DNA of 64,000 bases, taken from assembly GCA_964551725.1 (NCBI GenBank), contig CAZKED010000001.1:42119-106118 (forward strand), in the 5' to 3' direction. The translations under genes were made by a program, and so were the position numbers. The notes below the pieces were generated by a model. That model saw only the letters and a list, made by a program, of their open reading frames with translations, did not search any database and had not been told where the DNA came from. Of this stretch, positions 46,201 to 56,600 are shown in pieces (within the stretch, counting starts at the first letter, position 1; every line of letters begins with the position of its first letter). This DNA is from an uncultured archaeon. GTDB lineage: Archaea; Iainarchaeota; Iainarchaeia; Iainarchaeales; DTGL01.

Positions 46201-48624
46201 TCGGTGAGCATTGAATTGTGCTGGATTCACCCCTACAGCTTGCTGGACAAATTGGAGGGAGTTCACGTTGACCCGGGTGAAACAAAAACGTTTTATGCAA
46301 CGCTCAACTGGGAAGGCGACCCAGACAAAATCACCACTGCAGCGCTTGACAAGGCAAGGGCGGCAATGGAAACACTGGAAGAGGGCGACATTCCCGCTGG
46401 CGAAGCACAGGAAGGAAGCACACTGCTGCCTGCAAGCTCGGGTCCCGGAATACTCGCGGGAATGGCAGCATGCACCATAACGGATTTCGGAATAGGCGTG
46501 TTCATGTACACTCCCCTGGGCTCACTCGTTAATTCCGTGTTTGACTGCATTGTTCCCGGGCTGTGGAATTATTTGAAGACCACCACCTGGGGGACCCCCA
46601 TTGTTAAAGCGCTTACAACAGCGTGGCAAACAGTGAAAAAGATTCCCGTAATAGGACACATAATAAGCGGAGTGCAGACAGCGCTTGGATGGGTTGCCCG
46701 CGGCATAAGCAAGGCGGTAAGCGGTATTTACGGAGTAATGCTGGGCGAGCCCGGCGCTTCGGCGGAGGAAGCTACGGAAAACCTGCTTGCCTCTGGCGTA
46801 ACCGGCGTGCAGATTAATTCCGTGCGAAGGTATCTGACAAGTGAAATGGCCGGCACAAAACTGCTGGACCTTGTTTCAATAAGACCCGGGCACGAGGGAC
46901 AGCTGACGACAGCCGGCAGAGCAATCGCGAAGGAAACCGCGGACAGGGTGGCAGCGGATTATGTCGACGTAATATTCACCGGTGCTTCCTCAAGCGCCGA
47001 TGACATTATTAAAGGGGTTAGGACGGAGCTAGCTAAAGCCCTACAGTCCGAAATGGAAACCGAGTTGAGGAGAGTGGGCAACACTGTGCACAGCAACCAT
47101 GCAGCCGCAAAGCTTTTCGGCGGAGACGAACTGGGAAGAGGTTACAGAACAGCAAGCGTTTCAAGCATTATTGACGATGCCTCCAAGGGTCCCTGGTCTA
47201 AAGCGTACGAAAAGCTCTGGTCCTCAAAGTTCGCGGCAAGAGGCACTACAAAAAAGAGCATGATGGACTGGGTGCAGCACGCGGACGTGAAGGGCGCGGA
47301 GATTGCCAACAGGATTTTGCAGGCAAAGGCGAGCGTTTTGGATGACCTGGCAGGACCGGCTTTGGTTGAAGGCGTGACATTCCCAGATTTTGGAATTGAT
47401 GATATTCACGCAACAGGCGCTCGCGACAAGGTCGTCGATGCTGTGACAAACAGCATTTCTGGCAAGCTTAAAAGCAAGGGAATAAACCTGACCAGCACCA
47501 TGCAAACGAATCTGAGGGAATCTGTTGAAACGGCAGTAGGTGCTGTGTACGCAGAAACTCCCCATATACCAGGCAACAGACCACTGGTTCCAAACCCAGA
47601 AGCCGGAGTAATACGGGGCAACAACGCCAAGGTCGCCGCGCAGATGGCGCTTGATGATTTCGTTTCAAAGTACGGGGACAACCTGCTCAGAGCTTCACCC
47701 GAAGCGCTGAAGGCAATGGCCCAGAAACTTGGAATAACGGTGGATGAATTGTTAGAGCTTGGCGCGAAAAAGACTTTCTGGCAGAAATGGTTCACAGCAA
47801 AAGGATGGGCTGAAAGGGGGCGCAGGCTCGTGAACTGGAGGAACCTGAAGGAATTCGGAAAAGCCGCTGGATTGGGAATGCTTGCCAACTGGGTCGGCGG
47901 CTTCGTGGCGGAAGCGGTTAACGCGGAAGCACCCGAGGAAGCCGAGGCGGGGATTGCAGCGCCGACTATTGAGGGCGAACCCGAATTCCTGGAAGGATAT
48001 ATTGTGAGCTCGCCCGAATACGTGTACAAGCACCGCACTTACAGGGTGGATGTTACCGGCGGCAGGGATGGAAAGCCGCGGTATTCTCTCAACATGGTTG
48101 ACACTCCGGAAGAAAGGGAGGAAATGCGCGAGGCAATTGCTGAGAATCCTGACATTGTGCTGACCGACTCGTGCAGTGAATCTCCCACCAGAGACATGGG
48201 CGGGGTGTTTATCGCAAGGCTTGTTCCGGACTTCGAAAAAGAAGGGGATTACGCGCGCGCCTATTACCTGTACGGGGACGCTTTCAGCAGCACCGCCACT
48301 TACTATCAGCTGGACGATTCACTGCTGATGGCTGTTTTGATGGTTTCGCCGGAGAAAATAAGGGATTGTGGCATACCGAATGACTGGTTCAAGCAGGCAG
48401 ACGAAATACAGAAGCAGTCCATTGACTGCGCGGGCAAAAAACTGTGGGAGAACAGCGCAAGCAACCTGAGAAGCCAGCCCGGCGATTACCACGAGAACCT
48501 TGAAGGAGTGCTCGAGGGAATGGTCGGCAGTTCTGCCTTTGAAAGCACGGAAGACTGGACCAATTATATTGACATGGTTTACGGGAACGACGAGCGCTGG
48601 AATGAAAATTACCAGCCCGATTGA
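40294..48624 (+). CDS. Giant surface protein paralogue 1 (2776 aa). It has a conserved N-terminal leader plus TM, CarboxypepD_reg/Ig-like repeats, a YCDAVQ domain, and a C-terminal roughly 730-aa extension with hydrophobic glycine-zipper-like segments.
   Basis: The N-terminus reads MFGNSLGSFYTKIEDKWYSAIDWLDRKGIPFYVFTDFLEKRGIPSLPFSIAVLFLLVLLL. Transthyretin-like repeats recur (LSFNISDAHGDPLQGVTVTITDAAGK...). The hydrophobic segments are GPGILAGMAACTITDFGIGVFMYTPLGSLV and IPVIGHIISGVQTALGWVARGISKAVSGIYGVMLG. Confidence 0.8.
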   Translation: MFGNSLGSFYTKIEDKWYSAIDWLDRKGIPFYVFTDFLEKRGIPSLPFSIAVLFLLVLLLSTVSFGTAVNATLSFNISDAHGDPLQGVTVTITDAAGKQVEKKAVSDGGKILLQGAPVGAVYEISAAKPGYVQDDTTAKIDSASVNVYLTLRADLQLAEGMLSLVDERSGTAVRNPVCIVKYEGLDIDGSVDSKQVIHFSGIPAGEEVIVQCTANGYEDLSIPIAFREGETMQQVMTPLTAALTGDSFVLVSLYEWTDGEAKPLSGVRLIIKNAETGNTISDVNLGEDAEYAETLKKGTVITITAEKEGFITAVWPETTLREEETPIEIVMRKGGEKLVVRVNAEDTGPLSGAIVQLYDAAAELIKEETTDFSGFVELVGMDPNATYYITAYKDLYVAQRKKIIPGELEELVFTLEYASPQNSSTLSIKVLDSAGFYANGASLYFYERSGEEVLPLGIPVKYADLRGEAIAQVEKEKLVVVVAKKDLEEGEGEAEITQSSHEMEIQMEKPVNFVELKLVDEFGNPVPGTANISTQSGEELYSGEISDAIWFDSQGNEKVVLAVEQEGEKIYEEEVEVDSKTEIEIEIPLGEEARIPAIEFLGVFNAMDEEVEGITRGEYYWLKFSASLPQSEKSGVHVRVGNDSQKFADEQRVGIYGFDSAPGDFFFGRSYQPPSGQAIDYKNRGKAGEKNKWVEIYFDNPADTEIIRVKVKTEETFSREEFEVHFRAFAKFRGKFYNSPQSTGEMQLYSETYSESVRVFTTRTLCSEGLCAGYLFRDAEGMEFRENEFKPILERPYALEITLSAKEGEKVNLTASTRANAAAMAFWGISLDEFAVVPEQGYELASADIADVQVERGEEVKAVVYFMPKETGQGYLEISVQGTENEIRKKFYFDVAEERNISIEMPGKGKLTLGENLFLRLTDAETSEFLTNAKLRLENIDTEKIEVSTVGTNTRNNGLNGEYSLETSHLEPGFYKIVASLYGYVEAEKPVIILTDEVLEIESPVEISMERCALEGKCETSGEATAKITNNLGLPVEVKGFRFEHIRMPNEFTLSADVSDILEGESAVYITAVFSGMYDKHLHGESDLVIEGSVGNVSVEATARVKVSYNKELPSDCLTIDKDSLQVLMLGNEGSTETVSFEVEYSRREECYRDSALEFSVYSEALRSDEDITVEETTFSLSPGEKRDVRLSITNNIKRFYSASLKREFEIFIESADITKSIPLTVLLKDPVFFLETNDNITLWMSKDEESGEISGIAPLYMRNTGELPIESLSFSIAESPASINITVLQDGGNLTYLTQPALQAYSARIPMGDGMALYGAPLQPGEQASPPKTIYASTTSTGIDKGPHRAIIEIRGVVKGEEHFLRNVAVWIHVSTPKCLKLYMTDTDFRSAESEQGTISKTATIENNCGETVREITLDPKKFGENTLNLNPLRKAFLSPGEKTEWKVIMEKREDYSAETELRAKGFLVSTQRYIYSDPIPITIAIGTEAETSAGPSLEAFTMPVCETDEEKEIHYPDIASYEDKDCAQGYCDAVQLSEFLLKKAEEKIQAVKRRLQDGSYDVSNFDNCQDSAGLCSFTSLDVTPTVLTVYMNNDNLSAEVAEHVKDTGSFPELKGFVVDYFDGTISDLVSREGFFAPFHLYMPTNVTGCGKYVFSVKGAVQNIQGKLEEDKILILIEFTEERKITPECTNEVQNVMNFLPVDKGLTHRNNKSAWPATVEATSELEELGKKIADELFDDEKRSTTGSVSLNKLRLKYGDEEQGGILVIKLMRVSSTEARPKTVEALITPMHRDSADDVKETLEESIVEAFGKLAQSSQDLDMCIDAQGESFTLLGLESRGEISISGEERIELYYEEEGCADLNVFSSVMEKVSLKTNWKEMREAGENAGLSDVYIKVAGERVKEYSNEERVLGDSFRLERNPAGNNYYMEFQVCAKGDIDAIDEAFGKEVKVRAKSASFAGREMKDWHSVSIELCWIHPYSLLDKLEGVHVDPGETKTFYATLNWEGDPDKITTAALDKARAAMETLEEGDIPAGEAQEGSTLLPASSGPGILAGMAACTITDFGIGVFMYTPLGSLVNSVFDCIVPGLWNYLKTTTWGTPIVKALTTAWQTVKKIPVIGHIISGVQTALGWVARGISKAVSGIYGVMLGEPGASAEEATENLLASGVTGVQINSVRRYLTSEMAGTKLLDLVSIRPGHEGQLTTAGRAIAKETADRVAADYVDVIFTGASSSADDIIKGVRTELAKALQSEMETELRRVGNTVHSNHAAAKLFGGDELGRGYRTASVSSIIDDASKGPWSKAYEKLWSSKFAARGTTKKSMMDWVQHADVKGAEIANRILQAKASVLDDLAGPALVEGVTFPDFGIDDIHATGARDKVVDAVTNSISGKLKSKGINLTSTMQTNLRESVETAVGAVYAETPHIPGNRPLVPNPEAGVIRGNNAKVAAQMALDDFVSKYGDNLLRASPEALKAMAQKLGITVDELLELGAKKTFWQKWFTAKGWAERGRRLVNWRNLKEFGKAAGLGMLANWVGGFVAEAVNAEAPEEAEAGIAAPTIEGEPEFLEGYIVSSPEYVYKHRTYRVDVTGGRDGKPRYSLNMVDTPEEREEMREAIAENPDIVLTDSCSESPTRDMGGVFIARLVPDFEKEGDYARAYYLYGDAFSSTATYYQLDDSLLMAVLMVSPEKIRDCGIPNDWFKQADEIQKQSIDCAGKKLWENSASNLRSQPGDYHENLEGVLEGMVGSSAFESTEDWTNYIDMVYGNDERWNENYQPD

Positions 48625-48636
48625 AGGGGGAAAAAC

Positions 48637-50357
48637 TGGTGAATGAGCGCGCTTTCAATCTGTTCACTGCTCTCCTGGGATTCGTGCTCATTATTCTGAC
48701 CTCGCTGCTTGTAACAAGCATGATTTCAACCGAGGAATCAGCAACAAGCCTCATAAACGACTTGCAGGACCAGGCGAGAATTGAATCCGTTTCAAGGCTT
48801 GCACGCGCAGATGCAATACAGATAGTGAACTACGGAATGCGTATGAAAATAGACGAATGGCTGAGGGACAGTTCCTTTTCGCCGAGCGACCCGGACACGT
48901 GGGAGGACTGGGATGCCATAGTGGACGAATTCGAGAGGAAATTCGGGAGAGCCGAGGAGGGGAGCACGCAGCCGCTCATCAATAAAATAACGGGGCATCT
49001 CACGGGGCTGTTTGAATCATACGAGTTCGCGTTCGAGGGTTATAGGGTGAGGGTTATAAACAAGGGCAATTTTTCAAAAGTGCTGAATCCTTTGCTTGAA
49101 AAAGAGGTAGCGGAAGGCAGGTTGCTCGAGGTGATTGAGTGCAATGGAACGCCTGAAGACTGCGAAAGGGGAACTTTTTACGTTAACCTGAACATTGCGG
49201 AATTGAGCGACGAGGAATACGAGCAACTGCCTTTGCTGCAGGTCGAATACAGGAAGGGAAGCAAGACAATTACGGTGAGCGACCCGCTGCTTCCGAGGAA
49301 CAACATGCGCTTTTATTTTCCCTTCAGGTTTTTCAAGGCATTGAGCTATGCAAGGCAGTTCACGCACAGCGGGAGCGACGGGAAACTTGATTCCGCATTG
49401 CTTATAAACGGGGGACAGGATTACGGCTTTCTTTCCCCGAGAATCCACAACGAATTCGATGCTTACGCGCTGGGCATATGCGATTACGGGTACTGCTATC
49501 CGAGGACAAATCCATTGTATCCCCCGGAAAAAAAGAGCATACAGAAGGGCTGCCCGTTGGGAGCAGGCGCCGGCTCGAACCAGCTGGACAGCGTGCAGCT
49601 TTCGTTCAGCACCCCCAAGCACAGCATAAGCGAAACCTATAACCCGGGAAGCGCGGACGACATGAAGGAAAAACTCAAAAAAATCGCAAGCATAAGGCTC
49701 TGCGAAATTGCCGAAAACACGCTCGGCGGGGTGAGCGATTCCGACTTCGAGGTTGTTTCCTCCGCTGTTCAGGGAACAAGCTGTTATATCGCGGAAATTG
49801 ACAGGATGCACATTTATGAAACGCCCTCCAAGGAAATCGTGACAAAAAAGCGCGGCGACACGAGCGACGGCTGCGACGGCCAGCCCACGCATCCGCCGGG
49901 AACAACGGTTTCAGCGCAAGTGGTCAACGCGCCCAGCACAGGGGTGTGCCCTTACAATTTCACCCTGCCGGTGAACAGGAGAGTCGGAGTCTACTACTCC
50001 GGCGGTGAATGGGAGTTTCCTGTTCTCCGTACAGAAAAATGTGCGGGGGTTTCCGCCGGCTCAAGCGGTTCGGTGAAGTGCATGGAATTATCGGAGATAA
50101 AAATCACCCTCGGCTTCAGGGAAAACAACGAGAACTATAAAGTGATAAACGATTTGGACCTGCAGTACAATATAGGGGTTATAACGAACCGCCTGACAGG
50201 ATTCAATCCCAATTACGACCAGGGCGCAGTGGGAGCGGACTGCGCTTTTAACCAAGCACCCCAGGGAGGCAAGTGCAATTCTTCGGCTGGCTGGGTTTGC
50301 GAGAACTGGGTGGACTGCTATTACGGCGGAAAGGCTGTGGCATGCGTTCCCGCATAA
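48637..50357 (+). CDS. Cys-rich secreted or anchored protein (about 573 aa) with a possible class-III-type N-terminus (MNERA|FNLFTALLGFVLIILTSLLV)
   Basis: A GTG at 48637 is preceded by GAAGGGGGA. The track TTG at 48621 overlaps the upstream stop. There are more than 20 Cys in the extracellular part (CNGTPEDCERGTFY, CDYGYCYP, CNSSAGWVCENWVDCYYGGKAVACVPA). Confidence 0.55.
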
Positions 50358-50628
50358 CTGCGTTACGGAATTTTGGCGAAAAATTCGGGCGCAAAACATT
50401 TAAATAAGAAGTCAGTCATAATAATGTCATTATTGATATAAAGAATATAAAAAGAAAAAATAAAAGAGAGCTAAACAGGCATAAAAGCAGGGAAAACAGC
50501 GGTAAAAAAGAGGGAAACTCCTCAAATGGCGGGAATTGCACCGGAAAGTGAAAACAGGGGAAAACATATAATTAAATACACAATTCGGAAGAAATTATTT
50601 AATTGGTAAAGGTTATTAAGTGAATAAA

Positions 50629-53600
50629 ATGGGTGTGGTGGATTCAATCAAGGATTTCTACTTCCGCCTTGAGGAAAAATACTATAAATTCGTTGACTGG
50701 CTCGACACAAAGCATTTCCCCTACTACAAATTCGTTGACTTTGTCGAAAGCCGCGGCATTCCGAGTTTTCCGCTTTCCATAGCTGGAATTGCTGTCATTG
50801 CACTGCTTTTGTTTTTCTTTGCGGTTCCCCTGCTGGGAATCGAATTTCCCATTGCAAGAGTGCCTCTTTCAGTTGAGGTAATGGACGGGAAAGGAAACGG
50901 GATATACAACGCCTTGGTGGAAATAAAGGGAGCAGATTTTTCGGAGCAGGGAAGGACAGACGGAGCGGGAATTGCGGAATTCAACGTTCCGATGGAAACC
51001 CAGTTAACGGTAAGCGTTGAAAAGAGCGGGTTTGAAAAATACGCGGACTCGTTTTCCGTCAGCAGGGAGGAAACGAAAACAATCGAGTTAAGCGCGGAGG
51101 AAATCTCGAGGGAAATACTGTTCAAGAAAAAGGGGACAGAGGAGCTCGTGGAAGAGACAATAAACGTTTCATTCGAGTGCTCCAATATTGAGGCGGATTT
51201 CGAAGAGCAGAGAACAGTGCAAAACGGAAGGGTGGAACTGGATGGAATCCCCGCAAACTGCGGTCTGCTGGAAGTGAAGGTTGAGGGCTTTGCAGTGGAC
51301 AAAGACATTGATTTGGATGAAACGCTGCCCGAAGTTTTCCTGGCCGGGGAAGAAGCCGGAAAGGGAAGAGTGTACGTTCTCGTGAAGGAAGAGGAAACAA
51401 AAAAACCCCTTGAGGGAATGCGCGTAGTGCTTGTCGGAGCGGTGGAGCGCTCCGATCTGAGCGATGAATCGGGAAGCGTGGTATTCGAGGGCGTTCCGGC
51501 GGGAGATTACTACGTAAAAGTAATGGATGCGCTCGAATACGAGGACCATGTTTCGGACACAAAAACGCTGCAGGAGGAAGACAGCGTTACTTTCAGCATA
51601 GAACTCGGAAAAGCGGCAAGGGCGCAAATAAACCTCAAAGTGGTTGATGCTACAGGGGAGCCAGTGGAAAAGGCAGCACTCAAGCTCTACAGGCAGGGGG
51701 GAACAAGCGTTGAGTACTCCGGGGAAACCGACCCGATAGGGCAGTACACTTTTAATGTTCCCACTGAAACAAAATACACGCTCGTGGTGGACAAGGCGGG
51801 ATACTTCAAGGCGCAGCTTTCAGTCGAGGCACAGGAAGAATTTTTTGAGGTAACGCTGAAGGAACAGACCTCGGAGAACGGCGGGTCAATTGCAGTGAGC
51901 GCAAAGGACCAGAAAGGGAATGCTGTTGAAAACGTGAAGGTAGAATTAAAACTTGCCGACGGGGAATTCACGGGATACAGCGCTTTCACGGGAGCGGACG
52001 GAAGGGCTGAATTTACAGCAATAGAACCGGGCAATTACTACGTGTACGGCTCGAAGCAGGGCTTTGAAGGGTATGCAAGCAACGAGTTCCAGGTAAGAGA
52101 AAGGGAAATAACAAGCGTGCAGCTGGTGTTCGTAATAGGAGAGGGCGAGTTCCTGGTAAAAGTGCTCGACGATGCGGGAAACGCGCTGGCTGGTGCAAGC
52201 GTTGAAGCAATTGACGTTTTCACTGACAGGATGATGTCCCAAAAAACAACCGATTTAGAGGGCATCGCGCATTTCAGGGAGAGAGTGGACAGGAAGGTTT
52301 TTTTCGTGACGGAAGCCGACGGCTTTTTGCCTTTTGTGTCACTGCCCTTTGTACCGGTGCAGGACTCGCAGAGAGAAGTGGAAATCCGCATGATAAAAGG
52401 AACGGGAAAAATTAAAACAAGCATGACACTGCTGCTCAATGACATGGAAGTCAGGGAATTTGTCTCGGCAGGCGAAAGCTATAAGGCATTGGTGCAGCTG
52501 GTGCTGCCGAGCGAATACAATAAAGCGGGAATTCATTTGCGCGCGGGAGAAGATACTGAAGGAAAAGTGAATTCCGCCGAAGAAGACATCATTTTCATAA
52601 GGGAAATCGAAGCGGCGAACGCCAATATCAGGACAGGTTCAACTTATACCCCGCCTTTCGGGAGCGGGCAGGATTACGCAAGCAATGGGAGCACCAAGTG
52701 GGCGAACATAGAATTCGAGCCCGGGAAAAAGGGGCTGCCGAGCAGGGGCGTGTTCAACGCAATCGCGGAAGTGCAGGTAAGGGACGAAGCGGCAATGGGC
52801 GAGGATACAAAAATAAGCTACCGCGGTTATGGAGTAAGTGCAACGTATTCAAGGGACCCGATTGACGCGGCGCTTGGGAGCGCCGAATCCTCGGCAAGAA
52901 AGCATGGACTGTACGCGCAGGCATACGACAGGCATTTTTCCGTCGGACAGAGCAATGTGTGCAGCGGGGGCTACTGCAGGATTATCTTTATCGAGGACGT
53001 TGAAAGCGGAATGAAGAGCGCGGTAATTGATTCGTTTCCCGCGAACATTTCAAGCATGTATGAGTTAAACGTGAAACTCAACAAGGCAGGCGCGGGAAGT
53101 GTGAGGAATGCCTTCCTCGAAGTGCGCAACCCGGAACAGGGACTGGAATTCGGGGAATACTCAATCTCCGACGCGGCGGGAAGGAAGTTCGAGGGAAACG
53201 CGAACGGAAGCGAACTCTCAAAAGCCGTGGGAGACCTGGCGCAGGATTTAAGCGTGAGCGCGAGCATTGAATTCCAAACCCTCAAGGAGGGAACAAACCA
53301 GATTGAAATCTCGCTTGCATCGGAATCCGGAAAGGTGTTCGGGCAAACAATAAAGGTGAACGTGAGGGCGGGAGAAGAACTCCAGCTTGAAATCGTTCCC
53401 AAGGACATTGTGCCCTTCATCGACAACCAGCTGCTTTTCAGGGTTTCCACTCTGGAGGATGCACCAGTCCCAAACGCTTTTATCGAGCTTTCCCTTGACG
53501 GATACGACCTTGCAAGCGGGGAAACCGATAGCGCGGGAATATTCGCATTCGAACTCGAAGCGCCCAGCGCGGGCTCCGAGCTCCTGGCGAGAGTGAAAAA

Positions 53601-56600
53601 GAACGGATACGCGAGCCTGGAAAAAACAATGAAAATCGACGAGAGCATAATTGAAATAAGACCCGGGGAAGTGCGCTTTGACCTGGAGCCAAAACTCAAG
53701 GAATTCGAGAACATTGACCTGGAGCTTATTAATTCAACCGCGGTTGAACTGGAGGTCGCCGGCGTAACAGTAAGCGATTCGCTTTCAGGACTCGTTTCAG
53801 TAAAGGGAGCGGAAAAACTCGTTGGGCTGGAGCTTCCCCTGGACGGAACCGTGCCTGTGGCATTAACCGCCGTGCTCACAGAGCAGGGAAAAAGAGCGAA
53901 GGAAACGCAGGTATTGGAGGGGAGCATCGGCTTGCTGCTGAAGAGCGGGGAGTTCCCGAGCACGTGGTTCAGTAAAGTGCCCGTGAGGGCGAGGATTTTG
54001 CTGGGCGGAGAGCTTGATTCAAGCGACTGCCTGGTCATAGAACCTAACGGCTGGGAAATCGTTTCAGGCGGAGAGCAGGAAAAACTGAGCGCGAGGGTCA
54101 GGAATGCATGCACTGTCGACGGGAAAAAGGTTTCGCTGGAAGAATTCAGCGCGAGAGTGAACTGGGGAAGTGACGGCGCGATTGGAACATTCTATGTTTC
54201 AAGCGGCGATTTGGGCGATACGGAAATCGCGCTTAACCCGGAATTCACCCTGTTTGCACCCGAACTGGAGAAAAACTTTGACGGCACGCTTTTGGTGTCT
54301 TTTTCGCCGAATGCGGGTGTGAAGAGTGCGGACGCAATGCCCGCAATTGTTTTCAGGGGAAGGCACACTTCGTTCAACGGGGAGGAAAGCGTGGAGGAAA
54401 GAATTTCCGTGGACATTTCCCTGAGCAATCTTTCAAAATGCGTCGTGGTTGAAGCAGACGAGCCCCTGAAGATTAAAACCGCGCCTTCAAACCTCGGCTG
54501 GGGCTTGGGGCAGAGTTACTTCTATTCCTCGCAGTCATACCAGCCCTATGGGTTCTATCCCACCGGAACCGGCGATTACTCAATGTACGGAAGCGCGCCT
54601 CAGAATTTTTACGGCTCTTACGGCTGGAGTTCCGAGGAAAGCGGCGCTGAAAGCAGCTGGGGCTCGGAATACGCAACGTTCAGGATAAAAAACGAGTGCA
54701 AGGATTCGGTGGAAGTCAATATGGAGGCAAGCGAGGGGATCTCGCTGGACAAGGAGAACATAGAGCTTGCACCGAGAAAGAGCAGTAGCGTGAAGGTTGA
54801 ATCCGGAGCGAAAAGCGGAACCTATTCCGTGGACGTTGAGGCACGGCTTATCTCATCGGACGACGATTACGAGCTTGCCGAAGTGATAGATGTGGAAGTG
54901 CTTAACATGGACGAACTGATGCAGCAGTGCATGCCCTCCATTGAGCCGAGCGTGTTCAAGCCCAACTGGTTCGGGATTTTCAGGACCCGCGGCAGGATTT
55001 ACAACCGCTGCTATGACTACGGGTTCAGGCTTGAAATGCTGATGCCACAGCACTTCATGTGCTATACCCCGAAGAGTTCCGGCGAACAGTTGAGCGCGGA
55101 AAGCTGCCCTCTCATGAGCAATTTCTATTCAATGCCCCCGAGAACAATCGATGCTGGGGAAAACCAGACAATTGAAGTCGTTGAATTTTCCTTCAACCTC
55201 AACGAAAGCGTGAAAGAGGAATTCGACGACTTTGACAGCATTGAGAGCATAGGACGGCTGGGAAACATTGTAATAAACAATTTTTCTGTTACTTCGCCGG
55301 GCATTGCCGCAATTCCTTTCAGGCTGCCCGATTCCTCAGTGCAGCAGTTCTCGCAGAGACAGGTATTCTTCCAGGTTCCCTATGACCTAAGCGCCTGGCT
55401 CGGATGGCTTTCAGGGCGCAGACCGGAGGACAACGTGCCGCCGAGCGCGCCGGATATTACCATAACCCCGAAAAAGCCGCTTACAGAGGATGACATCTTG
55501 TGCACGGTGCAGAGCTCTGACGCGGACGGGGATGAAATAGATTACAACATTAACTGGCTGCAGGGCGACCGCGTATTGGCGCACCAGAAAGGTTCATCTA
55601 ACTCGCTCACCCTGCGCAGCGACCTCACGAGAACAGGGCAGGAATACACCTGCGAGGCAACAGCCTGCGACAAGTGGGCGTGCTCCGAGAAAAACTATTC
55701 AAGCGTCAAGGTTCTGAGGGCTGAAGGACCGGGCACTTTCGCCGGCTTCAGTGCATGCTCTTCCGAGGAAACGGGCGAGGATGCTTACAGGGATTACGGC
55801 TTCAACAGACTGGCGTTCAGCTGGAAGGAATCCGATTTCGGCGAGAGTTCCTGTTCCGGAAGTTCGGGCTATTTCTGTGATGCCGTGCAGTTCATGCTCT
55901 CTCTGAGGGAAAAATTCCGCAAAGTGGAGAGGACAGCGGAAAAGCTCGGCAATTCGCCCTACAACGAGAACGCGTTAAACCTCGCCGCGCAGAGCGGCGC
56001 TGACTCGTTTGTTCCAGAGGCGGGAAACCTTTACAGGTTCTCGAAAATGCAGACAGTTATACCTGAAAAAACGGGAAACAGGGAAATACTCTTCTTCCTG
56101 GAAAACAGCCGCACTTTCCTTTCCCCTGAGAAAAAGGACTGCGCTCCGGACATTGTTTCAACTGTGAGGAACAATCTTTCGGAAATAATTGCCGGCAGCG
56201 GGGGAAGCAATCTTGACACGCTTCTCTCAAACATGGAAAGCGAGGTAACGGACTGCTATGGTCTGGATTTCAGGGGGGAGAATATTGTGGGAGTGGTGAA
56301 TGACAGAACGATTTCCTCCGACACGATATGGAAAGACCTCAAGGAAAAGGGAATAGTGAACGCGACAGTGAATGCAAGGTATGCAATTGCATTCAACGAT
56401 TTCAAGAAACTGCACTCGGTGCTTCTGGAAAACGCGGGCAGGGACCCGGAATACGAATTCTCAATTTCCTTCGGGGGCACTGAAACGGATGACCACAACG
56501 TGCAGGACTGGACTACATTCATTCAAAAGTTCTACGAGGCGCTTGACTCGCGCGAGCCCTTCAAGCTCGGCGTTGTGAACAGGAACGGATTGAGCGAGGA

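Noticed and set aside
45156-48038. Several 160-211-aa minus-strand ORFs (45156-45791, 45784-46266, 47406-48038) inside giant paralogue 1
   Set aside because: They are antisense to a continuous 2776-aa ORF with a coherent domain architecture. Their translations are low-complexity.
49074-49892. 272-aa minus-strand ORF overlapping the 48637-50357 gene
   Set aside because: It is antisense to a gene with its own ribosome-binding site and a signal peptide. Its composition is Cys/Arg/Phe-rich and noise-like.
50358-50628. 271-bp A-rich intergenic region checked for mobile-element ends or CRISPR-like repeats
   Set aside because: It has no direct or inverted terminal repeats and no spaced repeat units. 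It contains only TATA-like stretches (catataattaaatac), consistent with a promoter for paralogue 2.
52971-54113. 380-aa ORF on the minus strand inside giant paralogue 2
   Set aside because: It lies entirely antisense to a strongly supported + strand gene. It has a Ser/Pro/Thr-rich low-complexity translation, which is typical of the reverse frame of acidic, purine-rich coding sequence. It has no ribosome-binding site or promoter.
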